Source of the DNA: Candidatus Latescibacterota bacterium
GTDB taxonomy: Bacteria > Latescibacterota > UBA2968
Direction of reading: 5' to 3'
DNA: 64,000 nt
Assembly: GCA_965207885.1 (NCBI GenBank)
Contig: OZ242311.1
Span: 1,248,001 to 1,312,000, forward strand
Shown here piece by piece: positions 1 through 10,628 of this stretch. The position numbers were made by a program, and so were the translations under genes. Position 1 is the stretch's first letter; each line of letters starts with the position of its first letter. The notes beneath the pieces were generated by a model. It saw nothing but the letters and a program-made list of their open reading frames with translations. It ran no database searches and was not told the origin of the DNA.

Positions 1-2889
1 AGTACGCAAAAACACATACGCTTGCTGAAGACGTTGTGCATCTTCTACCTCCAAAAATCCGCCCTCTACCAATCTTCTCAGTGCCTCAAGCGTATTGGCA
101 CTGCGCAACTCCGGATGATCTTTAGCGAACTTCAACTGCAAAATTTGTACAATAAACTCAATATCTACAATCCCCCCCGCATCTGTTTTAATACTCACCA
201 CCTTACGGGATCTTTGCCCATTTTTGCGCTCCATCTTCTTGCGAATATCCAGCATCGTGGCAACTTCCTCATCCGAAAACCCGCTACCCACAACAAAAGG
301 CTCAAACAAATTCAGCAACTTTTCTCCCAAAACTGGATCGCCAGCGACGACCCGGCTGCGAGACAATGCCATGCGCTCCCACGTTGACGCGCGCGTCTCC
401 AAATAGCGACTATAAGACTCCAGAGACAGTGCCAGAAGCCCGCTCGCCCCCTCGGGACGCAATCGCGGATCCACCGGATAGAGCTTACCCTGAGGGGTAT
501 TCTGCTCCAGCATCGCGATCATCTGCTGTGACAGATCGATAAAAAATTGCAAATTCCCCTGCGGCCTTGCGCCATCTGTTTCGCCATCTTCACCATATAC
601 AAATACGATATCCAGATCCGAACCAAAACTCAATTCATCTCCACCCATCTTGCCCAGACCCAGCACCACAAACCCGACCTCCTCACCGCTGTGATTGCGC
701 GGTACCCCGCGCTTTTCGACCAACCGCGCATAAACCACCTCATAAACCACCTGCACAACCACATCGGCCAACATCGTCAGCGCCTCAAATGTTTCAAACG
801 AATCGGTCAAGCCCACGAGATCGCGCGTACCAAAGCGCAGCAACTCGCGATGTTTTATCCTGTTTAGAACACTCACCAATTCGGGCGTATCGCCATACTG
901 CTCAACCTGTGCGCGAAACTGTTCTCGCAAAGCGTCCACACCCGGACTGAGATGCAAAACCTCTGCTTCCGGATCCAGATACAAAACCTCTGGGCGAACC
1001 AGCCAATCGAGCAATCCGGGATTGCGCCTTATCACCTGAACCAGAAATTGGCTGCCCACACACAGTGACAACATCAGTTGGCGAAACCCCTGATTGGATG
1101 CCAAAATGCGGAAAAACATATCGCCCGCGCCATAAGCAGACACCAGACTCTCCAGATTGCTCAACCCCTGATCCGGATCGGCGGACTCCTGAAGTGCCTG
1201 CATCAATGCCGGTGCCAATTCTGTAAAGCTCTGACGCGCTCGCGTGCCCCGAATCCGCGGCACATGCCCAAAAGCCAGATAAATCAGATTGCGATGCGCC
1301 TCGCCCGGCCGATCAAACCCAATCTCTTCTAACAACCCGCTGGCTTCTGCATCGCCTATTTCCATATTTACCAGCGCGCCTATAGAACGACCCTCGCTCT
1401 CGTGCGCCTCCGTAAAGATCTGGGCATACACCTCCTGCACAGCCTTCAAATGGACATCCAGTATTTTGCGATACGACTCAGCAGATTCCATATCCATCGT
1501 GCGCGCCAATACGCGCTGTTCATCCTCTCCTTCGGGCAGCGAATAATCACTGCGATTGTGCATCATCTGCAAGCGGTGTTCCAAACGCCTGAAAAATACA
1601 TAAGCATCCCTTAGCTGATCGGCTTCCTTACCCGACAGAGCAGATACACGCTGCAACTGCCGGATAGCCTCGAGCGTATTATCCGACCTCGCATTCTCGT
1701 GTATGCGCCCCACCAACAATTGCAAACACTGCACAATAAACTCGATATCCCGGATGCCACCCGAGCGCAACTTCAAATGCGTCTCGCGCTGCCCCTTGCT
1801 TCCAATCTGATCTTCTATACGCGCCTTAACGCGGTTGATCTCCGTTGCCGGGCTGGTATCAAAATAGCGCGGATAAACAAAGGGCTGTACCATATTCAAA
1901 AATCGCTGCCCCAGGGCTTCAGACCCAGCACAACAACGGGCTTTGATCAGCATCTGCCGCTCCCACAATTCGCCCCGCCGCATATAGTAGCCCTCATATC
2001 CGGCAAGGGGCATCACGAGTGCGCCAGCCGCGCCATCGGGACGCAGGCGCATATCCATGCGATACAAAAATCCCTCGGGCGTCACCTCTGTTGCCGCACG
2101 CACAATTTGCTCACACAATCGGGTGAAAAATTCCTGATTGGTCACAGACCGTTCACCATCCGTATTGCCCTCGGCGCTATAGACAAACATCAAATCGATA
2201 TCCGAACTAAAATTGAGTTCCATACCGCCCAACTTGCCCAATCCAAAAATCGCAAACGCCACAGGCTGTCCATCGCCATTTCGCGGCATGCCATAACGCA
2301 CTTGCAGGTCGGGCAACAAAATATCAATCAGCTTTTGCAAACACACATCTGCCAAAATAGACAAATCAGCCGCAACATATTGAATGGCGCGCCCACCGGC
2401 CAGATCGCCCACGCCAATACGCAACAACTCGCGTCGCGCAACCCGCCGAACAGCATTGAGCTTGTCTTCGCGCGTATCCACAGCCTCGACAGCCCGTTCA
2501 AAAGACGCCAGCAATTGTTCTTTATCAGACGATTGTGCAATGCGATCCGGAGCACCTGTCAACCAGTCAAAGGTATCGGGGTCGCGCACCAGCATATCAG
2601 CCATAAAAGGGCTACCACCCAAAACGCACAACAACATGCGCCATAACTCGGGCTGTTCTTTGAGCGTGTGCAAAAATGACGCGTGATGCGCGATGCGCAC
2701 AAAATTATGCAGCGCCATATCGGGGTCGGGCGCATCGACCAACGCCTGAAAAAAATCATCGGGAAGTTGACCATCAGCCCCTGAGCCAGCCAACTCTTCG
2801 AGATTTTGCAACGCGCGTTCAACATCTCGAAATCCCGCCTGTGCAAGCGCGTCTCGTGCGCCGGGTGTGTCAAAATCAAAAATATCCAT
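1..2889 (-). CDS. glnE: Bifunctional glutamine synthetase adenylyltransferase/deadenylylase; 3' end runs off the window
   Basis: Not in the ORF track. Manual translation from ATG 2889 gives MDIFDFDTPG...DPDMALHNF...GGSPFMADML. The same frame at the window start gives KTDAGGIVDIEFIVQILQL...AYVFLRT, the GlnE C-terminal motifs. Lies directly downstream of the P-II gene. Confidence 0.9.
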   Translation of the reverse strand, partial: MDIFDFDTPGARDALAQAGFRDVERALQNLEELAGSGADGQLPDDFFQALVDAPDPDMALHNFVRIAHHASFLHTLKEQPELWRMLLCVLGGSPFMADMLVRDPDTFDWLTGAPDRIAQSSDKEQLLASFERAVEAVDTREDKLNAVRRVARRELLRIGVGDLAGGRAIQYVAADLSILADVCLQKLIDILLPDLQVRYGMPRNGDGQPVAFAIFGLGKLGGMELNFSSDIDLMFVYSAEGNTDGERSVTNQEFFTRLCEQIVRAATEVTPEGFLYRMDMRLRPDGAAGALVMPLAGYEGYYMRRGELWERQMLIKARCCAGSEALGQRFLNMVQPFVYPRYFDTSPATEINRVKARIEDQIGSKGQRETHLKLRSGGIRDIEFIVQCLQLLVGRIHENARSDNTLEAIRQLQRVSALSGKEADQLRDAYVFFRRLEHRLQMMHNRSDYSLPEGEDEQRVLARTMDMESAESYRKILDVHLKAVQEVYAQIFTEAHESEGRSIGALVNMEIGDAEASGLLEEIGFDRPGEAHRNLIYLAFGHVPRIRGTRARQSFTELAPALMQALQESADPDQGLSNLESLVSAYGAGDMFFRILASNQGFRQLMLSLCVGSQFLVQVIRRNPGLLDWLVRPEVLYLDPEAEVLHLSPGVDALREQFRAQVEQYGDTPELVSVLNRIKHRELLRFGTRDLVGLTDSFETFEALTMLADVVVQVVYEVVYARLVEKRGVPRNHSGEEVGFVVLGLGKMGGDELSFGSDLDIVFVYGEDGETDGARPQGNLQFFIDLSQQMIAMLEQNTPQGKLYPVDPRLRPEGASGLLALSLESYSRYLETRASTWERMALSRSRVVAGDPVLGEKLLNLFEPFVVGSGFSDEEVATMLDIRKKMERKNGQRSRKVVSIKTDAGGIVDIEFIVQILQLKFAKDHPELRSANTLEALRRLVEGGFLEVEDAQRLQQAYVFLRT

Positions 2890-2902
2890 AACGAACCTCA
2901 AG

Positions 2903-3334
<432 letters not shown>

Positions 3335-3336
3335 CT

Positions 3337-3690
3337 ATGCCTGTTACGAGACTATCGGAAACCACAGCCGAAGAATTTCCCTGGGGCACCCTCAACTGGC
3401 TCATGGGCCAGGCCATTGACCCCGATGCCAAACAGACCTTTGGCATGGCCGTCATTCAACCCGGACAGCAGAATCCACCGCATTACCATCCCAACTGCGA
3501 AGAAATCCTCTACGTCGTCTCCGGAACATGCGAACACACGTACGGCGACGACAGCTATCAACTCAAACCGGGTGATAGCATTCGAGTTCCCGCTGGCGTG
3601 ATCCACCACGCGATCAACAACGGCGACGAGCCGCTGCGCGCAATCATCTCCTTTTCATCGGGCGACCGTCAAACCGTATTTCTCGAATAG
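3337..3690 (+). CDS. Cupin domain protein
   Basis: Cupin metal motifs PPHYHPNCEEILYV and GVIHHAIN; AAGGA RBS before ATG 3337. Confidence 0.85.
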   Translation: MPVTRLSETTAEEFPWGTLNWLMGQAIDPDAKQTFGMAVIQPGQQNPPHYHPNCEEILYVVSGTCEHTYGDDSYQLKPGDSIRVPAGVIHHAINNGDEPLRAIISFSSGDRQTVFLE

Positions 3691-3697
3691 GCGAACA

Positions 3698-4267
3698 ATG
3701 ACTATTCGCGCCATCATCTTCGACATGGACGGTACGCTCACAGAATCGTACATCAACTGGCCGGCGTTGCGATCAAAAATCAATTGCCCCCCCGAAAAAA
3801 CCATCATCGAACACATCGACAACCTACCCGCAAAACAACGCGAACAGGCCAATGACATCCTACTCCAAAAAGAATGGGAGGCAGCACAACACGCCGCCAT
3901 TCGCGCTGGTGCAACAGAACTCATCGACGCACTGCGAGCGCGCAAGTACAAACTCGGCCTGGTCACCAACAACCACGGCGCCGCCATGCACCGTGTGATC
4001 AACCGACTCAATCGCGGCTTTGACATCGCCCTCAGCCGCGACGACGGTCCCATAAAACCCAGCCCCTACCTCATCAAAAAAACACTCCAGGCCCTCGACA
4101 TTCCCCCAAACGAAGCCATAAGCATCGGCGACAGCCGTTACGATCTCATGGCCTCTGCCGCCGCCCGCGTGCGCTGTATTCACTTCACCGATGGCGCATC
4201 CGACCTCGCGCACGATCTCCAGGCCGCGTCACTACCTGCGATCATACCGCTCCTGGATCGGCTTTAA
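3698..4267 (+). CDS. HAD-superfamily hydrolase (phosphoglycolate phosphatase-like)
   Basis: HAD motifs FDMDGTL, VTNN, KPSP and IGDSRYD. Confidence 0.88.
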   Translation: MTIRAIIFDMDGTLTESYINWPALRSKINCPPEKTIIEHIDNLPAKQREQANDILLQKEWEAAQHAAIRAGATELIDALRARKYKLGLVTNNHGAAMHRVINRLNRGFDIALSRDDGPIKPSPYLIKKTLQALDIPPNEAISIGDSRYDLMASAAARVRCIHFTDGASDLAHDLQAASLPAIIPLLDRL

Positions 4268-5438
4268 CAGACGCCAACTTTTCTGCACACATTCGAATGC
4301 GCGCCAACGCCTTTTGGATATTTTCCACAGAATTCGCGTAAGAAAACCGCAAATACCCCTCGCCGTATTCCCCAAAGCCCGACCCCGCCAGACACGCTAC
4401 GTGTCCCTCATTCAAAATCACATCCGCGACTTCCGCAGACGACTTGCCCAATCCCATAATATTTGGAAACGCGTAAAAAGCGCCCTCCGGCATCGGGCAT
4501 GTAATCCCCTCAATCGCATTCAAACCCTCTACAATAAGCGCACGCCGTTTGCGAAACGCAGCCATCATATCCCCAACCGCATCCTGCGGACCCTTCAACG
4601 CAGCCACAGCCGCCATTTGCGTAAACGCAGCCGTACACGAATTGCTATTGACCATCAGCCGGTCAAAATGCGGCACGAGATCCATCGGCATCACACCATA
4701 GCCAATGCGCCAGCCCGTCATCGCATACGTCTTGGAAAACCCATCGAGAATAATCAACAAATCGGCCATACCCTTACACGCCGAAATGCTGTGAAACTCA
4801 TCGCCATAGACCATCCGAGAATAAATCTCATCGGACAACACGGGAATCTGGTGCTCGATCGCCACCTCGGCAATCGCCTTCAAATCGCCTTCTGGAATTA
4901 TGCCGCCCGTGGGATTTTGCGGTGAATTTAGAATAATCAGCTTTGTACGTTCCGTCACCAGATCGCGCAATTGCTCCGCATCCAGGCTAAACCCGCGATC
5001 CTCCGTCAGAGGCACCGGCACGGGTTGCGCACCCGCAAACCGAATCACCGACTCGTAAATCGGAAAACCCGGATTCGGATAAATCACCTCATCACCCTGC
5101 TCTGCCAATGCGAGAATAGAATAAAACATAATCGGCTTGGCGCCGGGCGTCACCACCACCTGATCGGGATGCACGTCAATCTGCCGCGTTGTCGAAATCT
5201 CTTCGGCTATTGCCTCGCGCAACTCGGGCAAACCCACGGGCGGACCGTAATGCGTAAACCCTTCTGACAGTGCTCGTTGCCCCGCCTCGACAATATGTGC
5301 GGGCGTATCAAAATCCGGCTCGCCAATCTCCATATGCACCACATCGTGTCCCAGCGCCTCCAGCGCACGCGCCTTTACCAGCACCTCAAAAGCAGACTCC
5401 GTACCCAACAGCGACATGCGATTTGCAATACTCATCAT
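4242..5438 (-). CDS. PLP-dependent class I/II aminotransferase (aspartate aminotransferase-like)
   Basis: IGEPDF, NSPQNPTG, SDEIY and GFSKTYAMTGWRIG motifs. Confidence 0.92.
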   Translation of the reverse strand: MMSIANRMSLLGTESAFEVLVKARALEALGHDVVHMEIGEPDFDTPAHIVEAGQRALSEGFTHYGPPVGLPELREAIAEEISTTRQIDVHPDQVVVTPGAKPIMFYSILALAEQGDEVIYPNPGFPIYESVIRFAGAQPVPVPLTEDRGFSLDAEQLRDLVTERTKLIILNSPQNPTGGIIPEGDLKAIAEVAIEHQIPVLSDEIYSRMVYGDEFHSISACKGMADLLIILDGFSKTYAMTGWRIGYGVMPMDLVPHFDRLMVNSNSCTAAFTQMAAVAALKGPQDAVGDMMAAFRKRRALIVEGLNAIEGITCPMPEGAFYAFPNIMGLGKSSAEVADVILNEGHVACLAGSGFGEYGEGYLRFSYANSVENIQKALARIRMCAEKLASVKADPGAV

Positions 5439-5451
5439 CTCACCTCACGCC

Positions 5452-6015
5452 TTACCTGATAACAATTGCGTGTGCAACTTCGGGACCGTGGACCCCAAGC
5501 GTCAGCCGCATCTCAATATCGGCGGTTCGGCTTGGACCAGAAATAAAAGTCGCCGTTGCATTTTCGGGATGATCCAGATAAAACTGGCGCAACGGCTCAG
5601 CCGCATCCCTCAAATTCTCCAGCAGCGTACTCGCCTTAAAAATACCGATATGTACGCGGGGCAAAGTCGAAACAAGACGCACGGCATCGTCCAGAGCAAA
5701 CTCGACGAGACTTCCCGACTCCGCCACTGCAAAAACCGCCCAGGACACCCCCGCCTCGGCAGCATCAATCGCGTGGGGCAACTCGGAACTGTCAAAAGGC
5801 GGCACATGCACATCAATCCCCGCATCCATACACGCGCGTTCAACAGCATCGTCCAACCCATCGGGCAACTCGGCAAACACAACCCGCTTACAACCCACCT
5901 CCCTGAGCACACTGACCACAATGGGCGCAACCGCATCAGCATCCTCAGCCACATGCGCCACCCCGGACAAAGACGCGTACTTCTCAACAAAAGCATCAAT
6001 CAATTCATCACTCAT
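5452..6015 (-). CDS. LUD-domain (LutC/YkgG-like) protein
   Basis: AVAESGSLV, STLPRVHI and FISGPSRTADIEMRLTLGVHGP motifs; start chosen at MSDEL. Confidence 0.85.
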   Translation of the reverse strand: MSDELIDAFVEKYASLSGVAHVAEDADAVAPIVVSVLREVGCKRVVFAELPDGLDDAVERACMDAGIDVHVPPFDSSELPHAIDAAEAGVSWAVFAVAESGSLVEFALDDAVRLVSTLPRVHIGIFKASTLLENLRDAAEPLRQFYLDHPENATATFISGPSRTADIEMRLTLGVHGPEVAHAIVIR

Positions 6016-6179
6016 AATCCACCTATCCATAGAAATTTAAAGAGCACTCAAAGTAATGTGAAACACCGTTTGACGCAAGTGAAAGCCCCTACTTTACACT
6101 TTACCCTTTACCCTTTGAACTCTCCACTTTATCTTTACTCCATTCCGCACTTACTATCCATTGTTCACTGGAAACCACC

Positions 6180-7175
6180 ATGCACTCTCCAATACGCATC
6201 GCACAAATCGGCCTTGGGCCACTCGGTCAGATGCTCACCCCTTATCTGGTAAAACGATCGGGCATTGAAATCGTCAGTGCCATTGACATTGACCCATCCA
6301 AAACAGGTCAGGACCTGGGCGAAGTGAGCCAATGCGACCCCCTCGGCATAGCCATCACCGATGATCTCGACAGGGGATTGGCCGACGCAGACCTCGCCGT
6401 AGTGACAACCGTATCAGAACTCCAACGCATCGCCCCCACATTAAAAGCAATTATCGACCGGGGCGTCAACATCGTCTCGACCTGCGAAGAACTGTCCTAT
6501 CCCTGGACAACACAACCCGAATTATCCGCAACCATCGACACCTGGGCAAAAGAACGCGACGTCTCAGTCCTCGGAACCGGCATCAACCCCGGCTTTCTCA
6601 TGGACTTCTTGCCCACAGCGGCCACAGGCGTGTGTCACACCGTGCAATCCATACGCATAGAACGCACCCAGGACGCCTCTGCACGCCGCCTCCCCTTTCA
6701 GCAAAAAATAGGAGCGGGACTCACCGTTGAAGAATTTCAAAATCTCGTCGCCCAACAAAAAATCCGCCACGTCGGCCTCACCGAATCCATGCACATGATC
6801 GCCGCGCGATTGGGATGGCAACTCGACCACACCGAAGACATCGTAGAACCCGTCCTCGCAAAACCGGGGCATTGTGCAGGCGTACTGCAAACGGGACGGG
6901 GATACCACAACGAGCGAGAAGTCCTCACCCTCATCTTCAAAGCCGCCGTCGGACAACTAATACACAACGGCGAATCAATCGAATCCCAGGAGCGCATCCA
7001 GATCAATGGCACACCCGCTTACGACCTCATCATACCCGGCGGCATCAACGGCGACATCGCCACCTGTGCAGTTATCGCCAATGCCATCCCAATAGTCGCA
7101 TCTGCCGCACCCGGACTGCGCACCATGATCGACATCCCCCCACTCTCCTGCGCCCAGGAAATCCCCGAGGGATAA
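6180..7175 (+). CDS. Dihydrodipicolinate-reductase-like / 2,4-diaminopentanoate dehydrogenase-like oxidoreductase
   Basis: Rossmann GLGPLG, VSTCEEL, LGTGINPGF and GDIAT motifs. Confidence 0.8.
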   Translation: MHSPIRIAQIGLGPLGQMLTPYLVKRSGIEIVSAIDIDPSKTGQDLGEVSQCDPLGIAITDDLDRGLADADLAVVTTVSELQRIAPTLKAIIDRGVNIVSTCEELSYPWTTQPELSATIDTWAKERDVSVLGTGINPGFLMDFLPTAATGVCHTVQSIRIERTQDASARRLPFQQKIGAGLTVEEFQNLVAQQKIRHVGLTESMHMIAARLGWQLDHTEDIVEPVLAKPGHCAGVLQTGRGYHNEREVLTLIFKAAVGQLIHNGESIESQERIQINGTPAYDLIIPGGINGDIATCAVIANAIPIVASAAPGLRTMIDIPPLSCAQEIPEG

Positions 7176-9056
7176 ATGCCACCTGCTCTAAGCGATTTTG
7201 ACCTGCACCTGCACAGCGAAGGCAATCACCACCACATCTACGACTGCCTCGGCGCACACCCCACAAAAAAAGGCGTACATTTCGCCGTGTGGGCACCCAA
7301 TGCCCAGCGCGTAAGCGTGGTTGGCGACTTCAACGCCTGGAACGGATGCCAGCACCCCATGCAAAACAGAGGCAGCACAGGTGTATGGGAACTATTCATC
7401 CCCGACCTGCAGCCCGGCACCCTCTACAAATACGAAATCAAAACCCAAAACAGCGATATCTTTACCAAAAGCGACCCCTACGCCTTCTGTATGGAACACC
7501 GCCCGCGCACAGCCTCTGTCGTGTACCAGCCCGACGACGCCCTGTGGTCCGATGCCGAATGGCTGCAAACCCGCCAGCAAAGAGACCCATACACAGACCC
7601 AATCGCCATATACGAAGTACACCCCGGGTCCTGGCGGCGCAACCCCCAGGAAAACAACCGACCGCTCACCTATCGCGAACTCGCGCACGAACTCGTCGAA
7701 TACGTCCTCGAAATGGGCTACACCCACATCGAACTCCTCCCCATCATGGAACATCCCTTAGACGAATCCTGGGGATATCAGGTCACGGGTTATTACGCGC
7801 CAACCAGCCGTTTTGGCACGCCAGATGATTTCAAATACCTCGTCAACCACTGCCACACCTATGGCATTGGCGTCATTCTCGATTGGGTGCCCGCGCACTT
7901 TCCAACAGACGCGCATGGACTCGCGCAATTCGATGGCTCGGCCCTGTACGAACACGCCGATCCCCGGCAAGGCACACACCCCGATTGGGGCACCTTAATT
8001 TTCAACTACGGACGCAATGAAGTGCGCAATTTCCTCATTGCCAACGCCCTCTACTGGATCGAAAAATATCACATCGACGGCTTGCGCGTCGATGCCGTTG
8101 CCTCCATGCTCTACCTCGACTATTCCCGCAAAGAAGGCGAATGGATCCCCAACCAATATGGCGGCAGGGAAAATTTAGACGCCGTCGCCTTTATGCACCA
8201 GCTCAACACCCTGATCCACGAAAAGTTCCCGGGCGTCTTGATGATCGCCGAAGAATCGACCTCCTGGCCCGGCGTCTCTCGCCCCGTTTATCTGGGCGGC
8301 CTCGGCTTTGGATTCAAATGGAACATGGGCTGGATGAACGACACCCTGTCCTACATCACCAAAGAACCCATCCACCGCAAATACCACCACGACAGCCTCA
8401 CCTTTGGCCTCGTCTATGCCTTCCACGAAAACTTCATCCTCGTACTCTCCCACGACGAAGTCGTTCACGGCAAACGCGCCCTCATCGACAAAATGCCCGG
8501 CGACCGCTGGCAAAAATTTGCCAATCTGCGCGCCTTTTACGCCTTTCAATACGCCCATCCCGGCAAAAAGTTGCTCTTTATGGGCGGCGAACTCGGCCAG
8601 TGGCAAGAGTGGAACTCACAGGAAAGCGTACACTGGCACCTGCTCACAGAACCCGACCACGCGGGTCTGAAACGCTTTGTAAGAGACCTCAACACCCTCT
8701 ACCGGGGCGAACCCGCACTCTACGAACGGGATTTTGATCCCGAAGGCTTTGAATGGATCTCGCTCCACGACGCCTCAAACAGCGTCCTATCCTTCCTGCG
8801 CCGCGCGCGATCACACGATACCCCTTTGATCTTTGCCTGCAACTTTACCCCCATCCCAAGAGAAAACTACCGCATAGGCGTACCCACCCCGGGCGCCTAC
8901 CGCGAACTCATCAACAGCGACGCCGAACGCTATGGCGGCAGCAACATGGGCAACCTCGGCACTGTCCACACCGAACCCATCGCAAGTCACGGACATCCGC
9001 AATCCCTGCAAATCACCCTCCCCCCACTCGCCGCTGTCATGTTCAAACCCGAGTAA
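7176..9056 (+). CDS. glgB: 1,4-alpha-glucan branching enzyme (GH13)
   Basis: [32 protein letters not shown] and [10 protein letters not shown] motifs. Confidence 0.96.
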   Translation: MPPALSDFDLHLHSEGNHHHIYDCLGAHPTKKGVHFAVWAPNAQRVSVVGDFNAWNGCQHPMQNRGSTGVWELFIPDLQPGTLYKYEIKTQNSDIFTKSDPYAFCMEHRPRTASVVYQPDDALWSDAEWLQTRQQRDPYTDPIAIYEVHPGSWRRNPQENNRPLTYRELAHELVEYVLEMGYTHIELLPIMEHPLDESWGYQVTGYYAPTSRFGTPDDFKYLVNHCHTYGIGVILDWVPAHFPTDAHGLAQFDGSALYEHADPRQGTHPDWGTLIFNYGRNEVRNFLIANALYWIEKYHIDGLRVDAVASMLYLDYSRKEGEWIPNQYGGRENLDAVAFMHQLNTLIHEKFPGVLMIAEESTSWPGVSRPVYLGGLGFGFKWNMGWMNDTLSYITKEPIHRKYHHDSLTFGLVYAFHENFILVLSHDEVVHGKRALIDKMPGDRWQKFANLRAFYAFQYAHPGKKLLFMGGELGQWQEWNSQESVHWHLLTEPDHAGLKRFVRDLNTLYRGEPALYERDFDPEGFEWISLHDASNSVLSFLRRARSHDTPLIFACNFTPIPRENYRIGVPTPGAYRELINSDAERYGGSNMGNLGTVHTEPIASHGHPQSLQITLPPLAAVMFKPE

Positions 9057-9096
9057 GAATTCCTTAAATTGTGTATCATATATTCTTAATATCGGC

Positions 9097-9136
9097 AATC
9101 TCCATATATGGTAAAATATCACGATATATGGAGATT
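9097..9136. promoter_or_regulatory. Perfect 13-bp inverted repeat; possible activator site or terminator
   Basis: AATCTCCATATAT-N14-ATATATGGAGATT in AT-rich DNA about 100 bp upstream of a sigma54 motif. Confidence 0.45.
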
Positions 9137-9232
9137 AAAAATATAAAATTTCAGACTGATTTCTATATAATTTTTTTAATTACTTCAATATAAATAATAC
9201 TTTATGATTAAAAATATCTTAAAAAATTCACG

Positions 9233-9248
9233 TTGGCACGGATATTGC
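9233..9248 (+). promoter_or_regulatory. Sigma54 (-24/-12) promoter
   Basis: TTGGCACG-GATA-TTGC matches the TGGCACG-N4-TTGC consensus. Confidence 0.7.
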
Positions 9249-9599
9249 ATAGTAAAAAACACATTCGCAAAGAAGGATCTGTGACCCAAAATCTGAACCG
9301 TTTTGAGACTCAGAGAATCAGCCGTGATATTTCTCAGCAAAACGTCAGAAGATCCCCGTCGGATTGGTAGTCAGCCTGTGGTCTTCTGCCGCAACATATA
9401 GAGCGGGAATAGTCCAACAAACCATACCCCACTCTGTTTAAGAAGATGACTCGTCACAAACACCGAGCGACAACGTTGTCCATAGGAGAAAAAATGCACA
9501 AAAATCTCGCCCTTATATCACGGGGCTACCTTTTTACAAAACTTTTCGAACTTGACCATCCCACGTGAGTCGGAGAACAAGCATATAAAGAAGGCATCT

Positions 9600-10595
9600 A
9601 TGTGGAACCGCATAATCTTAACCATGTGTCTGGTGTTTGTGTTGACAGGTCTGGCATTCACTGGCGACATGACCCACGTCCCGGACAGGGACTTCGATAA
9701 ACTCCGCGCCGCAGGAAACAGAAACCCCACAGGGATCTGGTCAGACGGGACGACCATGTGGGTGGTGGACCTTGCTGACGGTAGGGTTTATGCCTACAAC
9801 ATGAGATCTAAAGCCCATGATCCGGACAAGGGCTTCTATCTCGCCGTAGAACACGACGTCCCTGAAGGAATCTGGTCGGATGGGACAACCATGTGGGTGA
9901 AGGAAAGCTCTTACCATTTCGATAAAATTTATGCCTACAACATGAGGTCTAAAGCTCGTGATCCGAACAAGGACTTCAATACGCTAAAAGACGCCGGAGA
10001 ACAAAGCACTGACGGAATCTGGTCAGACGGGACGACCATGTTGGTAGCAGACGGATATCGGCATAAAATTTATGCCTACAACATGAGATCTAAAGCTCGT
10101 GACCGGGGCAAGGAATTCGATCTTGCCGCAGGAAACACCTCTCCTACGGGTATCTGGTCGGATGGAACGACTATATGGGTAGCGGACTACAGGGGCCACA
10201 TTTATGCCTACGGCAGCCTGGGCGCCACCAGTGATCAGGCCATCCAGGACTTTTCAATGAAAATCAGCGGCTCGACGGGAACCCTGAAGGTTTGCGTACG
10301 AGACCACGAATGCGAAGATGGCGATAGGATCAAGGTTGAAGTAGATGGCAGGAGCATATTTTCCGGAGAAATTGACAACGACTGGGACTGCTACACACTG
10401 GATGTGTGGGCAGGCGAGAGCTATGCAGTGGAATTGACAGCCCTCAACGGCACGGGATACAAGGGAGACTGTAGCTACCGAGACGAAAACACGGGTGAGA
10501 TCCGCGTTACCGGAGAGAATACAGAGACGCAGGTATGGCGTCATCGTGGAGGAGCCGGATCGAAAGCGCGTATCATCGTGGAAACAGCCAGATGA
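9600..10595 (+). CDS. Secreted protein with four GIWSDGTTxxV propeller-like repeats and a Cys-containing C-terminal beta domain
   Basis: Signal-like N-terminus MWNRIILTMCLVFVLTGLAFTG; four ~48-aa repeats (GIWSDGTTMWV...IYAYNMRSKARDPxKxF). Confidence 0.8.
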   Translation: MWNRIILTMCLVFVLTGLAFTGDMTHVPDRDFDKLRAAGNRNPTGIWSDGTTMWVVDLADGRVYAYNMRSKAHDPDKGFYLAVEHDVPEGIWSDGTTMWVKESSYHFDKIYAYNMRSKARDPNKDFNTLKDAGEQSTDGIWSDGTTMLVADGYRHKIYAYNMRSKARDRGKEFDLAAGNTSPTGIWSDGTTIWVADYRGHIYAYGSLGATSDQAIQDFSMKISGSTGTLKVCVRDHECEDGDRIKVEVDGRSIFSGEIDNDWDCYTLDVWAGESYAVELTALNGTGYKGDCSYRDENTGEIRVTGENTETQVWRHRGGAGSKARIIVETAR

Positions 10596-10628
10596 TCGCA
10601 GACAAAATTAATGAAAGGAGAGACAAGA

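Noticed and set aside
547-2646. Long plus-strand ORFs, and similar antisense ORFs throughout the window
   Set aside because: They are shadow frames opposite real genes such as glnE and contain no recognisable motifs.
6089-6140. Heptamer-like repeats (CTTTACA/CTTTACC); similar 9-mer repeats near 34000-34030
   Set aside because: These are short, degenerate low-complexity intergenic repeats with no sign of function.
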